From the NCBI RefSeq assembly GCF_000010065.1, contig NC_006576.1, forward strand, positions 2,664,256 through 2,696,255: a DNA stretch of 32,000 nt, written 5' to 3'. A program made the position numbers and the translations under genes. This document shows, in pieces, positions 1 to 10,119 of this stretch. The stretch comes from Synechococcus elongatus PCC 6301 (GTDB lineage Bacteria; Cyanobacteriota; Cyanobacteriia; Synechococcales; Synechococcaceae). Numbering within the stretch: position 1 is the first letter of the stretch; the number at the start of each line of letters is the position of its first letter. The notes under the pieces were generated by a model, which worked only from the letters and a program-made list of their open reading frames with translations, was not told the DNA's origin and did no database searches.

Positions 1-1178
1 CGTCGCACCGTCAGTTTGCCGCCCAGGGCTTGGAACAGGTTTTTGCTGACTTCCAATTTAAGGCTGAGGCTGCCGGTCTCGGGCTGTACCGTCAGCAGTT
101 GTCCTAGCGATCGCGGGGCCGTGCGCGGTTGTTCACTGGGGTCGCTCACCAGCTCTGTGGCCGTCAAGCGGAGTTTGAGTTGAGCGCCGGCTAAGCTCAC
201 TACAATTTCGATCCGGCTACCCGCTGGTAGGTTGCGGGTGAAACGCTCTACCAAACTGGTCAAGGCCTGATCGAGCATGGTGGGATCGCTGACCACGGCC
301 GGCATCCGTTCCGGCAACTGCAAATCGAGGGCTAAACTGCGGCGCTCTGCCTGTTTGCGCCAGCGCGGTACGGTTTCGGCAAACACCTCCGTCAGCGAGG
401 TTCGCGCCAGCAAGAGGGCTTGAGACTCGCGGTTTTCTAGCTCAACAGCCCGGAAGAAGAGACCAAAGCGATCGATTTGCTCTGAGCATTCCAAGTCGAT
501 CGCCTCTAGGCGCTTGCGGGCTTGGGCTGGCAGATCGACTCGCCGCAGCAACGATCGCGTCAGGGTGCGGATCGTGGCGAGAGGGGTCTTCACCTCATGG
601 GCGATCGCCTGCAAGAGTTCTAAATCGGCGCCGACGGTTGAACGGTCGGGGCGATCGCTGACCTCTTCGGTCGAGGGGCGATCGCTAGCGGCCACAGTCG
701 GCCATTGTTGGAGGACTGCCGCCCAAAAAGGCGCCCAAGTTTCCGCCACATTAGCCAGAGGCCGGAAGCGATGCAGGGCCCGAGCGAGTTCAGGCTGGAG
801 GGCAGGAAAGTGATGGGCAGTGTGCTGCGCCAGTAACCGCACTGCTTCTGCCAGAACTTCGGGGGTTTGGCTGAAATAACAGCTGGGCTGACTGGGATAG
901 GGGACCAAGATGACTAGAAAACTGAGGCGATCGCTCAGCACTAAGCAAAAGGGTTCTTGCAGCAGTGGATCGCCCAAGCTTAAGGGCAAGACCCGAGGCA
1001 AGGGCAGAGCGGCGGTGGGCTGGGTATTCCCTTGGGGCAACCCCAAACTCCCCTGCAAGCCTTCGGGCACCCAGAGCCAATGGTCTAGTCGTGATAAGTC
1101 ACTCAGGAACGGCAGGGGCGCCGTCAATACAACCCCCGTTTCAACCTCTGCCAGTTGCGATCGCAAAGCTTGCAGCAT
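1..1178 (-). CDS. Sensor histidine kinase, partial (C-terminus lies beyond the left window edge)
   Basis: This ORF is absent from the ORF track because its stop is off-window. In my manual translation the minus-strand frame is open from position 1 up to an in-frame TAG at 1314-1316. It reads ...DLELLQAIAHEVKTPLATIRTLTRSLL... (H-box, His codon at 597-599), then ...DPTMLDQALTSLVERFTRNLPAG... (N-box-like) and ...LFQALGGKLTVR at the edge. ATG at 1176-1178 is taken as the start; GTG at 1284-1286 is an alternative. Confidence 0.75.
   Translation of the reverse strand, partial: MLQALRSQLAEVETGVVLTAPLPFLSDLSRLDHWLWVPEGLQGSLGLPQGNTQPTAALPLPRVLPLSLGDPLLQEPFCLVLSDRLSFLVILVPYPSQPSCYFSQTPEVLAEAVRLLAQHTAHHFPALQPELARALHRFRPLANVAETWAPFWAAVLQQWPTVAASDRPSTEEVSDRPDRSTVGADLELLQAIAHEVKTPLATIRTLTRSLLRRVDLPAQARKRLEAIDLECSEQIDRFGLFFRAVELENRESQALLLARTSLTEVFAETVPRWRKQAERRSLALDLQLPERMPAVVSDPTMLDQALTSLVERFTRNLPAGSRIEIVVSLAGAQLKLRLTATELVSDPSEQPRTAPRSLGQLLTVQPETGSLSLKLEVSKNLFQALGGKLTVR
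107..114. repeat. HIP1 octamer palindrome GCGATCGC; one verified copy of a motif scattered across the window
   Basis: Exact GCGATCGC at 107-114. Further verified copies are at 601-608, 651-658, 678-685, 27062-27069 and 27190-27197, and one forms the centre of the rpoC2 terminator (16059-16068 region). The motif is typical of cyanobacterial genomes. Confidence 0.9.
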
Positions 1179-1596
1179 CGCCCACCAGGTTGGTTCTGCG
1201 GCACTACCGGCGATCGCCTGCAATTCTGCTGGCAGCAGCTGACTCAGCCCAGGAATTGTCGTTTCAATCAGTGGCGAAGATGGCACGCCCAAGAAGTTAC
1301 AAAGGTCCTTTGCCTAGGTCAAAAGGGGCGGTCAGCCCAGCCCTCCTTGAGCTTATCCCCTCTGTCATGCTGCCGCGATGATTCTACTGATTACGGTTGA
1401 AGTGATGGCTGGCGATCGCGAATCGATCTGGACTGCCGACTGTTCAAGGAGCATCAGGCACCGGAGCTACGGTCAAGCTGATCCGTCTGGAAAGACGCTC
1501 AACCCGAGAGAATAGGAAGGCTGTCGCGAAGACAGCTCGACTGGCAACTGGATTGGGTGCTCACCACCCGTCGCCCTGAGAGGTTGTAAGACCCGC

Positions 1597-3897
1597 TTGC
1601 TACGGCCCACTGCACAACAACAGGCTGTGATTGATCACGAGCAGGGACGCGCTGTTGTCGTGGCAGTGGCTGGTGCTGGCAAAACCACCACGATTGCGCG
1701 GCGGATTGGCCGCTTGGTGCATCAAGTGGAAGTACCGCCTGGGCGGATTCTGGCGACAACTTTTAACCGCTATGCCAGGGGGCAAATCCGCGAAAAGCTC
1801 AACCAGCTAGCGGTGCCTGTCGGTGTGGCGGTGCGGACTCTCCACGCGCTGGCGCAACAAATCCTCAAGTTGGAAGCCGATCCTTGGCCTTTGGCCGCCG
1901 ATGGGGAGATGCGACGGCTGTTCTACGACATGCAGTCGGCGATTCGCCAGGGACGGCTCGATCTGTCGCTGGATCTGAGCAGTCATGAGCAACGGCAAAT
2001 TGCAGACCTGAATGAGGAGAGCTTCCTCAACTATCTAGGCTATCTCAAGGGCGATCTGCGCTTCAGTGCTTGGCAATTTGAACAGCTACCAACCCATCTG
2101 CAAACGGTTGCCACGCTGGAAGTGTGGCCCGAGTCGCAACGCTGGCTCAACGTTTGTGTTGACGCCTTTGAGCAATGCCGCCAAGAGGCACGGTTGCGTA
2201 GTTTTGATGATCTGTTAGTCGATGCCTGCCGTTTGCTCTGTGCAGATATGGGGATTCGGGAGCGAGTGCGATCGCGCTTTGATTTCCTGATCGTTGATGA
2301 ATATCAAGACATCAATCGCGCCCAGAACCTGATTATTTCGGTTCTGGATGAAGCCCAGCAAAACTTGATGGTGGTTGGGGATGATGACCAGACAATCTAC
2401 GAATGGCGCGGTGCCCGTCCCCAGTTGATTTTGGATAAATTGCGCGATCGCCAGTGGGTGCAGTACACCCTCGATCGCAACTTTCGATCGCGCGCGCCCC
2501 AGCTCCTGCTGGCCAATGCCCTGATTCGCCACAATCGCCTGCGATCGCCCAAGCAATTGCAGGGAACAAAGGCTTGGCAACATCATTGCGAGTGGCGATC
2601 GTTTCCCTCAGGTTCCGATCAAGCAGCGGCGATTGCCGAGCAAATTCTCGAATACCGCGATCGCGGCAAGCCCTTGGCAGAAATGGTGATTTTGATTCGC
2701 ACCTATGCCCAAACACCGCTGATAGAACAACAACTGATTGCAGCGCAACTGCCCTACGTCATCCCTGGCAGTCAGCCTTTTTATCTGCGGCGAGAAGTCA
2801 AACTGCTGCTAGCTTACTTGGAGTTTGCCGAAGCAGAGCGCAACCGTGTTCAGAATGGTCTGACGCCAGCAACCCGCGATCGCTACGACCAGTTATTCCG
2901 CGAAACATCAAGTCGTCCGAGCCGCTACCTGAAACGACCGGAGCTGCTCTCGATGCTCCAAGAAGCCTTGGACAATCCCCATTTGCCCTTGGCCACGATC
3001 ATCAGTCAACGCTGTCGCGATCGCTTGGGCCGCAACCGATCGCTGCAACGCTGGTTGGATTACCTCGGCTGGGTCTTGGGGGCTCAACCCAGTTCTGCTG
3101 CTGCCGCGATCGCCAAAATTGAGCAGCTCATCGACCTGCGGCGCTGGATCATCGACAGCGATATCTCGCCGGAGAGCGGGGCCCAGAAAGCCTTGATTAT
3201 CGACGCCTTACAAGCCTTCGCGGGCGATCGTGCGGTTCAGAGTTGGCTGCAGGAAATGGCAGCATTGCAAGAGCAGCCTCCCTTGTCCGACGAAGCCAGC
3301 GGCGTCAATCTGCTGACAGTGTTCAAAGCCAAGGGGCTGGAGTGGGACACCGTTTTCATCCCCGACTTAGATGCCGGTATTTATCCTTTTGGCTCTAGTC
3401 GCGAGAGTGAATCTGGCCCCGGGCGCAACAGCTTCGACCCGCTTTCAGAAGTCGCCCTCGATCGCAGCTTGCAGGAAGAAGAGCGCCGCATTTTGTACGT
3501 GGCTTTAACGCGCTCGATCAACAATCTGCACCTGTCTTCTGCCACTAATCAGCGATCGCCTTTTTTGCAAGAAGCGCAAATCAGCAAGATCCAAACGCGC
3601 CTGCCACGATTGCGAGCCCTTGCGACTGGTCAACTCCAACAACTCAATGATCGCCAGCGCAATCAACTAATTCATATCGATCTCGCGTTCTGTGCCCAGC
3701 AACGTCTGCATGAAGTGTTGGTCACTAGCCTGCGCAAGCTGCCTCCCCCAGCGATCGCCCAGCACTGTCACACGGTTCAACAGTGGATTCAGGACGCCAT
3801 CGAGAGCGATCGCCCACCGCTGAAGTCTGATTTAATCCAGCAGTTTTGGGCTGAGATCACGGCTGAACTCAGTGCAGAGTTGATTAGTTCGCATTGA
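1597..3897 (+). CDS. UvrD/Rep/PcrA-type superfamily 1 DNA helicase
   Basis: 766-aa ORF with a TTG start. SF1 motifs are present in order: Walker A AGAGKTT, motif II DEYQD, motif III VVGDDDQTIYEWRGA, NFRS, then TVFKAKGLEWDTVFIP and ILYVALTRS near the C-terminus. Confidence 0.85.
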   Translation: MLRPTAQQQAVIDHEQGRAVVVAVAGAGKTTTIARRIGRLVHQVEVPPGRILATTFNRYARGQIREKLNQLAVPVGVAVRTLHALAQQILKLEADPWPLAADGEMRRLFYDMQSAIRQGRLDLSLDLSSHEQRQIADLNEESFLNYLGYLKGDLRFSAWQFEQLPTHLQTVATLEVWPESQRWLNVCVDAFEQCRQEARLRSFDDLLVDACRLLCADMGIRERVRSRFDFLIVDEYQDINRAQNLIISVLDEAQQNLMVVGDDDQTIYEWRGARPQLILDKLRDRQWVQYTLDRNFRSRAPQLLLANALIRHNRLRSPKQLQGTKAWQHHCEWRSFPSGSDQAAAIAEQILEYRDRGKPLAEMVILIRTYAQTPLIEQQLIAAQLPYVIPGSQPFYLRREVKLLLAYLEFAEAERNRVQNGLTPATRDRYDQLFRETSSRPSRYLKRPELLSMLQEALDNPHLPLATIISQRCRDRLGRNRSLQRWLDYLGWVLGAQPSSAAAAIAKIEQLIDLRRWIIDSDISPESGAQKALIIDALQAFAGDRAVQSWLQEMAALQEQPPLSDEASGVNLLTVFKAKGLEWDTVFIPDLDAGIYPFGSSRESESGPGRNSFDPLSEVALDRSLQEEERRILYVALTRSINNLHLSSATNQRSPFLQEAQISKIQTRLPRLRALATGQLQQLNDRQRNQLIHIDLAFCAQQRLHEVLVTSLRKLPPPAIAQHCHTVQQWIQDAIESDRPPLKSDLIQQFWAEITAELSAELISSH

Positions 3898-3945
3898 TTG
3901 GGAAGGCGCAGCGGAACCCAGCAGCTCCGCAAGCGATCGCCCGTT

Positions 3946-5250
3946 CTAGCGATCCAAAGATTGCTGGCGCAGCCGCACCGATTCGGCGTGGGATTCCAGA
4001 CCCTCCGCCGTCGCCAGCACATCCACCGCTCGTGCCACCCGTTGCAAGGAAGCCGCTGTGTACTCAATCAGGCTGGAGGACTTGAGGAAGGTTTCCACAC
4101 TCAGGGCTGAGGCATAACGAGCGGCCCCGGAGGTTGGCAGGGTGTGGTTGGGCCCCGCCACATAGTCGCCGATCGCTTCTGGTGTTAGAGAACCAAGGAA
4201 GATCGCCCCCGCATGGCGAACCTGCTCCACCAGGGCCCATGGATCTTCGACTTCCAGTTCCAGGTGCTCGGGCGCAAACTGATTCGAGAGTTTGACCGCT
4301 GTCTCCAGCGAGTCCACCACAATCGCAAGGCCGTAGTGGGCGATCGCTTTTTCGGTGACCAATCGGCGCGGATGATCCTGCAGCTGCCGCTCAACTTCAA
4401 AGCCGACCTGCGTCGCTAGCTCCAGATCGGGCGTAATCAGAATTGCTGCGGCGAGCGGATCATGTTCGGCCTGCGCCAAGAGATCAGCTGCTACCCAGCG
4501 CGGATTAGCACTGCGATCGGCAATGATCAACACCTCAGATGGTCCGGCTAGGGAATCGATCCCGACGGTGCCGTAAACCAGTTTCTTAGCCAGCGTCACA
4601 TAGATGTTGCCGGGGCCGCTGATCACGTCGACTTTGGGAATCGTTGCGGTGCCGTAGGCCAAGGCTGCGATCGCCTGGGCTCCACCGACTCGGTAAATCT
4701 CTTCAATGCCCGCCTCTTGTGCAGCCACCAACACGGCCGGATTCAAGCTGCCATCAGGTCCTGGCGGCGTGGTGATCACAACCCGTTCGACCCCTGCAAC
4801 CTTGGCGGGAACCGCATTCATCAGCACAGTGCTGGGATAAGCAGCGCGCCCCCCCGGGACGTAGAGACCAGCGCGATCGACGGGGGTGTAGCGCTTGCCG
4901 AGGACTTCGCCATCAGCGCCAAACTGCACCCAGCTTTTGGGCACCCGCTGGCGGTGAAAGGCTTCAATTTGATGGTGGGCAAGACGAATCGCGTCGAGGA
5001 GCTCCTTCGGGATCTGCTGATAGGCCGCATCTAGCTCTGCGCCACTGACTCGCAGGTTCTCGGCCTGCAGTGCAAAACCATCAAATTCTTGGGTGAATTC
5101 AATCAGAGCGGCATCGCCGCGTCGCTGGACCGCTTGGACAATTTCCCGGACGCTCGCTTCGCGATGGACGACGGCATCATCATGGGTGCGATCGCAGATG
5201 CGCTCAAGTTCTGCCTGAGCTTCAGCGAGGTGAGAAACAATTCGCAGCAT
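3946..5250 (-). CDS. hisD: Histidinol dehydrogenase
   Basis: HisD hallmarks are present: HHQIEAFH, GGAQAIAALAYGT, SGPGNIYV, AGPSEVLIIAD, QAEHDP, APEHLEL. I place the start at the ATG at 5248-5250 (MLRIVSH...), not the track start at 5283, because HisD proteins typically begin close to this motif. Confidence 0.92.
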   Translation of the reverse strand: MLRIVSHLAEAQAELERICDRTHDDAVVHREASVREIVQAVQRRGDAALIEFTQEFDGFALQAENLRVSGAELDAAYQQIPKELLDAIRLAHHQIEAFHRQRVPKSWVQFGADGEVLGKRYTPVDRAGLYVPGGRAAYPSTVLMNAVPAKVAGVERVVITTPPGPDGSLNPAVLVAAQEAGIEEIYRVGGAQAIAALAYGTATIPKVDVISGPGNIYVTLAKKLVYGTVGIDSLAGPSEVLIIADRSANPRWVAADLLAQAEHDPLAAAILITPDLELATQVGFEVERQLQDHPRRLVTEKAIAHYGLAIVVDSLETAVKLSNQFAPEHLELEVEDPWALVEQVRHAGAIFLGSLTPEAIGDYVAGPNHTLPTSGAARYASALSVETFLKSSSLIEYTAASLQRVARAVDVLATAEGLESHAESVRLRQQSLDR

Positions 5251-5455
5251 GACCCCATCCAGCAGCGGAACCCAGAATGACAAGGGCTCTCGAAGGACGA
5301 AACAGTCCTAAACCTTGAGCCCGAAAGTCCTTTCAGCTTATCGCGAGTCCCGATTGGGCGGCTCTGTTGCAGCCGAACTGCGAGATCAGCAGAATTGTAT
5401 GAAACCTGATATGATCGTTGACTGTGCGATCTACAACAGACGGATTTTCTGAGCT

Positions 5456-5752
5456 GTGGCTAATATCAAGTCTGCCATCAAACGTGTCCAGATCGCGGAG
5501 CGCAACCGCCTCCGCAACAAGGCCTACAAGTCAGCAGTTAAAACGCTGGTCAAACACTGCTTTACGGCCTTCGACGCCTATGCGGCAGACCCCAACGAAA
5601 CGGCCCGCCAAGCAGTGAACGAACGCCTCTCGGCGGCCTACAGCAAAATCGACAAAGCAGTGAAGCGCGGCGTCTTGCATGCCAATACCGGTGCGCGTAA
5701 AAAAGCTCGCCTTGCTAAAGCCTTCCACCTGAAGGTTGACCCCCAGGCCTAG
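5456..5752 (+). CDS. rpsT: 30S ribosomal protein S20
   Basis: 98-aa basic protein [30 protein letters not shown]..., the canonical S20 N-terminus. GTG start. Confidence 0.95.
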   Translation: MANIKSAIKRVQIAERNRLRNKAYKSAVKTLVKHCFTAFDAYAADPNETARQAVNERLSAAYSKIDKAVKRGVLHANTGARKKARLAKAFHLKVDPQA

Positions 5753-5818
5753 ACTGCGATCGACCCTCACTGTAGGGCTATTGCTGTTCACTGTTGCTGG
5801 GATTGTCGACCTCACTCA

Positions 5819-6616
5819 ATGCAGCTCGTCGATACTCACGTTCACCTCAATTTCGACTGCTTCGCGGCAGAACTCGATGCCGTAGCAGACCAATGGCGCC
5901 AAGCGGGTGTAGCTCGCTTGGTGCATTCCTGTGTCACGCCGGCGGAATTTCCGGAACTCCAAGCCATCGCCGATCGCTTCCCGGAAGTGTCGTTGGCGGT
6001 GGGCCTGCATCCCCTTGATGTAGAGCTTTGGCAGGATGGCACGGCAACTGAAATTGAAGCGTTAGCGCGGTCTGATCAACGAGTCGTGGCGATCGGCGAA
6101 ACGGGTTTGGACTTTTTCAAGTCCGAAGACCATGTGCGTCAATACGCCGCTGTAGAAGCCCAGTTGGCGATCGCGCGATCGCTGGATCTGCCGGTAATTT
6201 TGCATTGCCGAGAGGCGGCTGCCGCCATGGCGGCTGTTTTGCGATCGCAGCAGTCTCAGCCCGGTACCCTGCGAGGGGTGATGCATTGCTGGGGCGGCAC
6301 GCCGGAGGAAACCCGCTGGTTTCTCGATCTTGGCTTCTACGTCAGCTTCAGTGGCACCCTCACCTTTGGCAAAGCAGAGACAATTCGCGACTCTGCCCGC
6401 CTTGTCCCCAGCGATCGCCTACTGATTGAAACGGATTGCCCGTCTCTTGCGCCGGTTCCCAAACGGGGCAAGCGCAACGAACCCGCTTTCGTCCAGCATG
6501 TGGCGGCTCGTATGTCTGAAGTTCGCTCTGAACCCCTTGAGGCGATCGCGGCAACCACCACCCGCAACGCCTTCGACCTGTTCCGTTTACCGACCGCTCT
6601 ACCGCAAGTTGCTTAA
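5819..6616 (+). CDS. tatD: TatD-family metal-dependent hydrolase/DNase
   Basis: 265 aa. It has an N-terminal DTHVHL metal-binding motif, [15 protein letters not shown] and ETDCP, the typical TatD/YcfH pattern. Confidence 0.9.
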   Translation: MQLVDTHVHLNFDCFAAELDAVADQWRQAGVARLVHSCVTPAEFPELQAIADRFPEVSLAVGLHPLDVELWQDGTATEIEALARSDQRVVAIGETGLDFFKSEDHVRQYAAVEAQLAIARSLDLPVILHCREAAAAMAAVLRSQQSQPGTLRGVMHCWGGTPEETRWFLDLGFYVSFSGTLTFGKAETIRDSARLVPSDRLLIETDCPSLAPVPKRGKRNEPAFVQHVAARMSEVRSEPLEAIAATTTRNAFDLFRLPTALPQVA

Positions 6617-6638
6617 ATTCTTAAGCGATCGGCAAGGG

Positions 6639-6666
6639 TTGTCAAAGACCGTTACAATTGTAGATT
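6639..6666 (+). promoter_or_regulatory. Candidate sigma-70-type promoter upstream of rpoB (-35 TTGTCA, -10 TAGATT, 16-nt spacer)
   Basis: TTGTCA at 6639-6644 and TAGATT at 6661-6666. The site lies about 30 nt upstream of the GAGGAG Shine-Dalgarno-like element (6689-6694) and the rpoB ATG at 6699. This is a pattern match only. Confidence 0.3.
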
Positions 6667-6698
6667 CGCGCTTCGGCGCTAAACGACCGAGGAGACGC

Positions 6699-9600
6699 AT
6701 GGCTGAGCAAACGCAACTCGCTCCCGCTGCCTTCCATTTACCTGATCTCGTTGCCATTCAACGGAACAGCTTCCGTTGGTTCCTAGAAGAAGGGCTCATT
6801 GAGGAGCTGGAAAGCTTTTCACCAATCACCGACTATACCGGTAAGCTTGAGCTTCACTTCCTCGGTAAGCAGTATAAGCTCAAGCGCCCGAAGTACGACG
6901 TTGATGAAGCAAAACGGCGTGACGGCACCTACTCGGTTCAAATGTATGTGCCGACCCGTTTGATCAACAAAGAAACGGGCGAAATCAAGGAGCAGGAAGT
7001 CTTTATTGGCGATCTGCCCCTGATGACTGATCGCGGCACCTTCATCATCAACGGTGCCGAACGGGTGATCGTCAACCAGATCGTCCGTAGCCCCGGCGTC
7101 TACTACAAATCAGAGCGCGACAAGAACGGTCGCCTCACCCACAATGCCAGCCTGATCCCCAACCGTGGCGCTTGGCTGAAATTTGAAACCGATAAAAACG
7201 GTTTAGTTTGGGTGCGCATCGACAAGACGCGTAAGTTGTCGGCGCAGGTACTGCTGAAAGCCTTGGGCCTGAGCGACAACGAAATTTACGACAAGCTCCG
7301 TCACCCTGAGTATTACCAGAAGACCATCGATAAAGAAGGTCAGTTCAGCGAAGACGAAGCGCTGATGGAGCTCTACCGCAAGCTCCGTCCGGGCGAACCG
7401 CCCACGGTCTCTGGCGGTCAGCAATTGCTGGAATCGCGGTTCTTCGATCCCAAACGCTACGACCTAGGTCGGGTGGGCCGCTACAAGCTCAATAAGAAGC
7501 TGGGTCTCAACGTCGCTGATACGGTGCGGACGCTGACATCCGAAGATATTTTGGCGGCGATCGACTACCTGATTAACCTCGAGCTTGACTTGGGTGGCTG
7601 TGAAGTCGATGACATCGACCACCTCGGCAACCGTCGGGTGCGATCGGTGGGCGAGCTGCTGCAAAACCAAGTGCGGGTCGGCCTCAACCGCCTAGAGCGG
7701 ATCATTCGGGAACGGATGACGGTGTCGGATTCCGACAGTCTTTCGCCGGCTTCCTTGGTCAACCCCAAACCGCTGGTGGCTGCGATCAAAGAATTCTTTG
7801 GTTCCTCGCAACTCTCGCAGTTCATGGACCAAACCAACCCCTTGGCGGAGTTGACCCATAAACGACGTCTGAGTGCCCTCGGTCCCGGTGGTTTGACACG
7901 GGAGCGGGCTGGCTTTGCGGTGCGGGACATTCACCCCAGCCACTACGGCCGGATTTGCCCGATTGAAACGCCGGAAGGCCCGAACGCGGGTCTGATTGGT
8001 TCCTTAGCGACCCACGCCCGCGTCAACGACTACGGCTTTATTGAAACGCCGTTCTGGCGCGTCGAAGAAGGACGGGTTCGCAAGGACTTGGCGCCGGTCT
8101 ACATGACTGCTGACCAGGAAGATGACCTGCGGGTGGCTCCGGGAGACGTGGCTACGGATGACGCGGGCTACATCCTGGGAACCACAATTCCGGTACGTTA
8201 TCGCCAGGACTTCACCACCACGACGCCGGAGCGGGTGGACTACGTTGCGCTCTCGCCGGTGCAGATTATCTCGGTGGCAACGTCGTTGATTCCTTTCTTG
8301 GAACACGATGACGCCAACCGTGCCCTGATGAGCTCGAACATGCAACGGCAGGCGGTGCCGCTGTTGCGGCCAGAGCGGCCTTTGGTCGGGACGGGTCTGG
8401 AGCCCCAAGCGGCCCGTGACTCAGGGATGGTGATCACCAGCCCGGTCGATGGCACGATCTCCTACGTCGATGCCACCCACATTGAGGTGACGGCTGACAC
8501 AGGTGAGAAGTATGGCTACGCCCTACAGAAGTACCAGCGCTCCAACCAAGATACTTGTCTGAACCAACGGCCGATCGTGTTTGAAGGCGATCGCGGTCAA
8601 CGGGGTCAGGTGATTGCTGACGGTTCTGCCACCGAAAAAGGTGAGCTGGCCCTGGGGCAAAACATCCTCGTCGCCTACATGCCTTGGGAAGGCTACAACT
8701 ACGAGGACGCGATTCTGATCAGCGAGCGGCTGGTCTATGACGACGTCTATACCTCGATCCACATTGAAAAATTCGAGATTGAGGCGCGTCAGACCAAGTT
8801 AGGCCCTGAGGAGATTACCCGCGAAATTCCCAACGTTGGCGAAGATGCTCTGCGCCAACTCGACGAAAACGGGATTATCCGCGTCGGCGCATGGGTGGAG
8901 TCCGGTGACATCTTGGTTGGTAAGGTGACGCCCAAAGGCGAATCGGATCAGCCGCCAGAAGAGAAACTGCTGCGGGCAATCTTCGGTGAGAAAGCGCGGG
9001 ACGTCCGCGATAACTCCCTGCGGGTGCCGAATGGTGAGAAAGGCCGCGTTGTTGATGTGCGTCTCTTCACCCGTGAGCAGGGTGATGAGTTGCCGCCGGG
9101 CGCCAACATGGTTGTCCGGGTTTACGTGGCTCAGAAACGCAAGATCCAAGTCGGCGACAAGATGGCGGGTCGCCACGGCAACAAGGGGATCATTTCGCGG
9201 ATTCTGCCCTGCGAAGACATGCCTTACCTGCCGGATGGCACGCCGCTAGACATCGTGCTCAATCCCTTGGGTGTACCCTCGCGGATGAACGTCGGTCAGG
9301 TGTTTGAGTGCATGCTGGGCTGGGCGGGTCAGCTGCTAGATGCCCGCTTCAAGGTCACGCCCTTTGACGAGATGTACGGGGCGGAAGCCTCTCGCTTGAC
9401 TGTCAACGCCAAGCTGTCTGAAGCGCGGGAGCAAACAGGTCAGCCCTGGGTCTTTAGCGATGATGAACCCGGCAAGATCCAGGTCTACGACGGTCGGACA
9501 GGGGAACCCTTCGATCGCCCAGTGACGGTGGGTCGTGCCTACATGCTTAAGCTGGTTCACTTGGTCGACGACAAGATCCACGCTCGCTCGACAGGTCCCT

Positions 9601-10001
9601 ACTCCTTGGTGACCCAACAACCCTTGGGTGGTAAAGCCCAACAAGGGGGTCAGCGCTTCGGGGAGATGGAAGTTTGGGCACTGGAAGCCTACGGTGCTGC
9701 CTACATCCTGCAAGAGTTGCTGACGGTCAAGTCGGACGACATGCAAGGGCGGAATGAAGCTCTCAATGCGATCGTTAAGGGCAAAGCGATTCCTCGCCCC
9801 GGCACACCAGAGTCTTTCAAGGTGTTGATGCGAGAGCTGCAGTCGCTCTGTCTCGACATTGCGGTCTACAAGGCCTCAACCGAGGACTATGAAGAAGACA
9901 AAGAAGTGGATCTGATGGCGGATGTCAACCAGCGTCGGACTCCCTCGCGCCCGACCTACGAGTCGATGTCTGTGGGCGACATTGATGACGATGACGACTA
10001 A
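6699..10001 (+). CDS. rpoB: DNA-directed RNA polymerase subunit beta
   Basis: The sequence is unmistakably RpoB (…[28 protein letters not shown]…, GNKGIISRI). The true start is the ATG at 6699 ([33 protein letters not shown]), preceded by GAGGAG. The track ORF start at 6426 is an in-frame upstream extension that overlaps tatD. Confidence 0.97.
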   Translation: MAEQTQLAPAAFHLPDLVAIQRNSFRWFLEEGLIEELESFSPITDYTGKLELHFLGKQYKLKRPKYDVDEAKRRDGTYSVQMYVPTRLINKETGEIKEQEVFIGDLPLMTDRGTFIINGAERVIVNQIVRSPGVYYKSERDKNGRLTHNASLIPNRGAWLKFETDKNGLVWVRIDKTRKLSAQVLLKALGLSDNEIYDKLRHPEYYQKTIDKEGQFSEDEALMELYRKLRPGEPPTVSGGQQLLESRFFDPKRYDLGRVGRYKLNKKLGLNVADTVRTLTSEDILAAIDYLINLELDLGGCEVDDIDHLGNRRVRSVGELLQNQVRVGLNRLERIIRERMTVSDSDSLSPASLVNPKPLVAAIKEFFGSSQLSQFMDQTNPLAELTHKRRLSALGPGGLTRERAGFAVRDIHPSHYGRICPIETPEGPNAGLIGSLATHARVNDYGFIETPFWRVEEGRVRKDLAPVYMTADQEDDLRVAPGDVATDDAGYILGTTIPVRYRQDFTTTTPERVDYVALSPVQIISVATSLIPFLEHDDANRALMSSNMQRQAVPLLRPERPLVGTGLEPQAARDSGMVITSPVDGTISYVDATHIEVTADTGEKYGYALQKYQRSNQDTCLNQRPIVFEGDRGQRGQVIADGSATEKGELALGQNILVAYMPWEGYNYEDAILISERLVYDDVYTSIHIEKFEIEARQTKLGPEEITREIPNVGEDALRQLDENGIIRVGAWVESGDILVGKVTPKGESDQPPEEKLLRAIFGEKARDVRDNSLRVPNGEKGRVVDVRLFTREQGDELPPGANMVVRVYVAQKRKIQVGDKMAGRHGNKGIISRILPCEDMPYLPDGTPLDIVLNPLGVPSRMNVGQVFECMLGWAGQLLDARFKVTPFDEMYGAEASRLTVNAKLSEAREQTGQPWVFSDDEPGKIQVYDGRTGEPFDRPVTVGRAYMLKLVHLVDDKIHARSTGPYSLVTQQPLGGKAQQGGQRFGEMEVWALEAYGAAYILQELLTVKSDDMQGRNEALNAIVKGKAIPRPGTPESFKVLMRELQSLCLDIAVYKASTEDYEEDKEVDLMADVNQRRTPSRPTYESMSVGDIDDDDD

Positions 10002-10119
10002 GTCGTAAGTGATCGCGGGATGGTTTTGAAGTCAGGGCCATCCCCTTGCTAGCGGCGATCGATCGCTAGCCAAGATTGAGCCAAAGCAGTCTGCAAGCAA
10101 TTTCGCGAAGAGGGTCAAG

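Noticed and set aside
514-1400. Several 80-140-aa ORFs on both strands (514-813, 790-1080, 910-1242, 965-1381, 1155-1400).
   Set aside because: All lie inside, or in alternative frames of, the long minus-strand histidine-kinase frame. Their Arg/Ser/Ala/Pro-rich composition is typical of off-frame translation of GC-rich coding DNA.
1597-3897. The UvrD-like helicase as part of a defence system (for example a Gabija GajB-like or other helicase-nuclease module).
   Set aside because: There is no adjacent OLD/ATPase-nuclease or other partner gene. The neighbours are a histidine kinase and hisD. The composition and HIP1 density look native.
6426-6698. The track ORF for rpoB starts at 6426, giving a 91-aa N-terminal extension that overlaps the 3' end of tatD.
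   Set aside because: The extension ([21 protein letters not shown]…) has no RpoB similarity. The conserved RpoB N-terminus begins at the in-frame ATG at 6699, which has a GAGGAG element 5-10 nt upstream.
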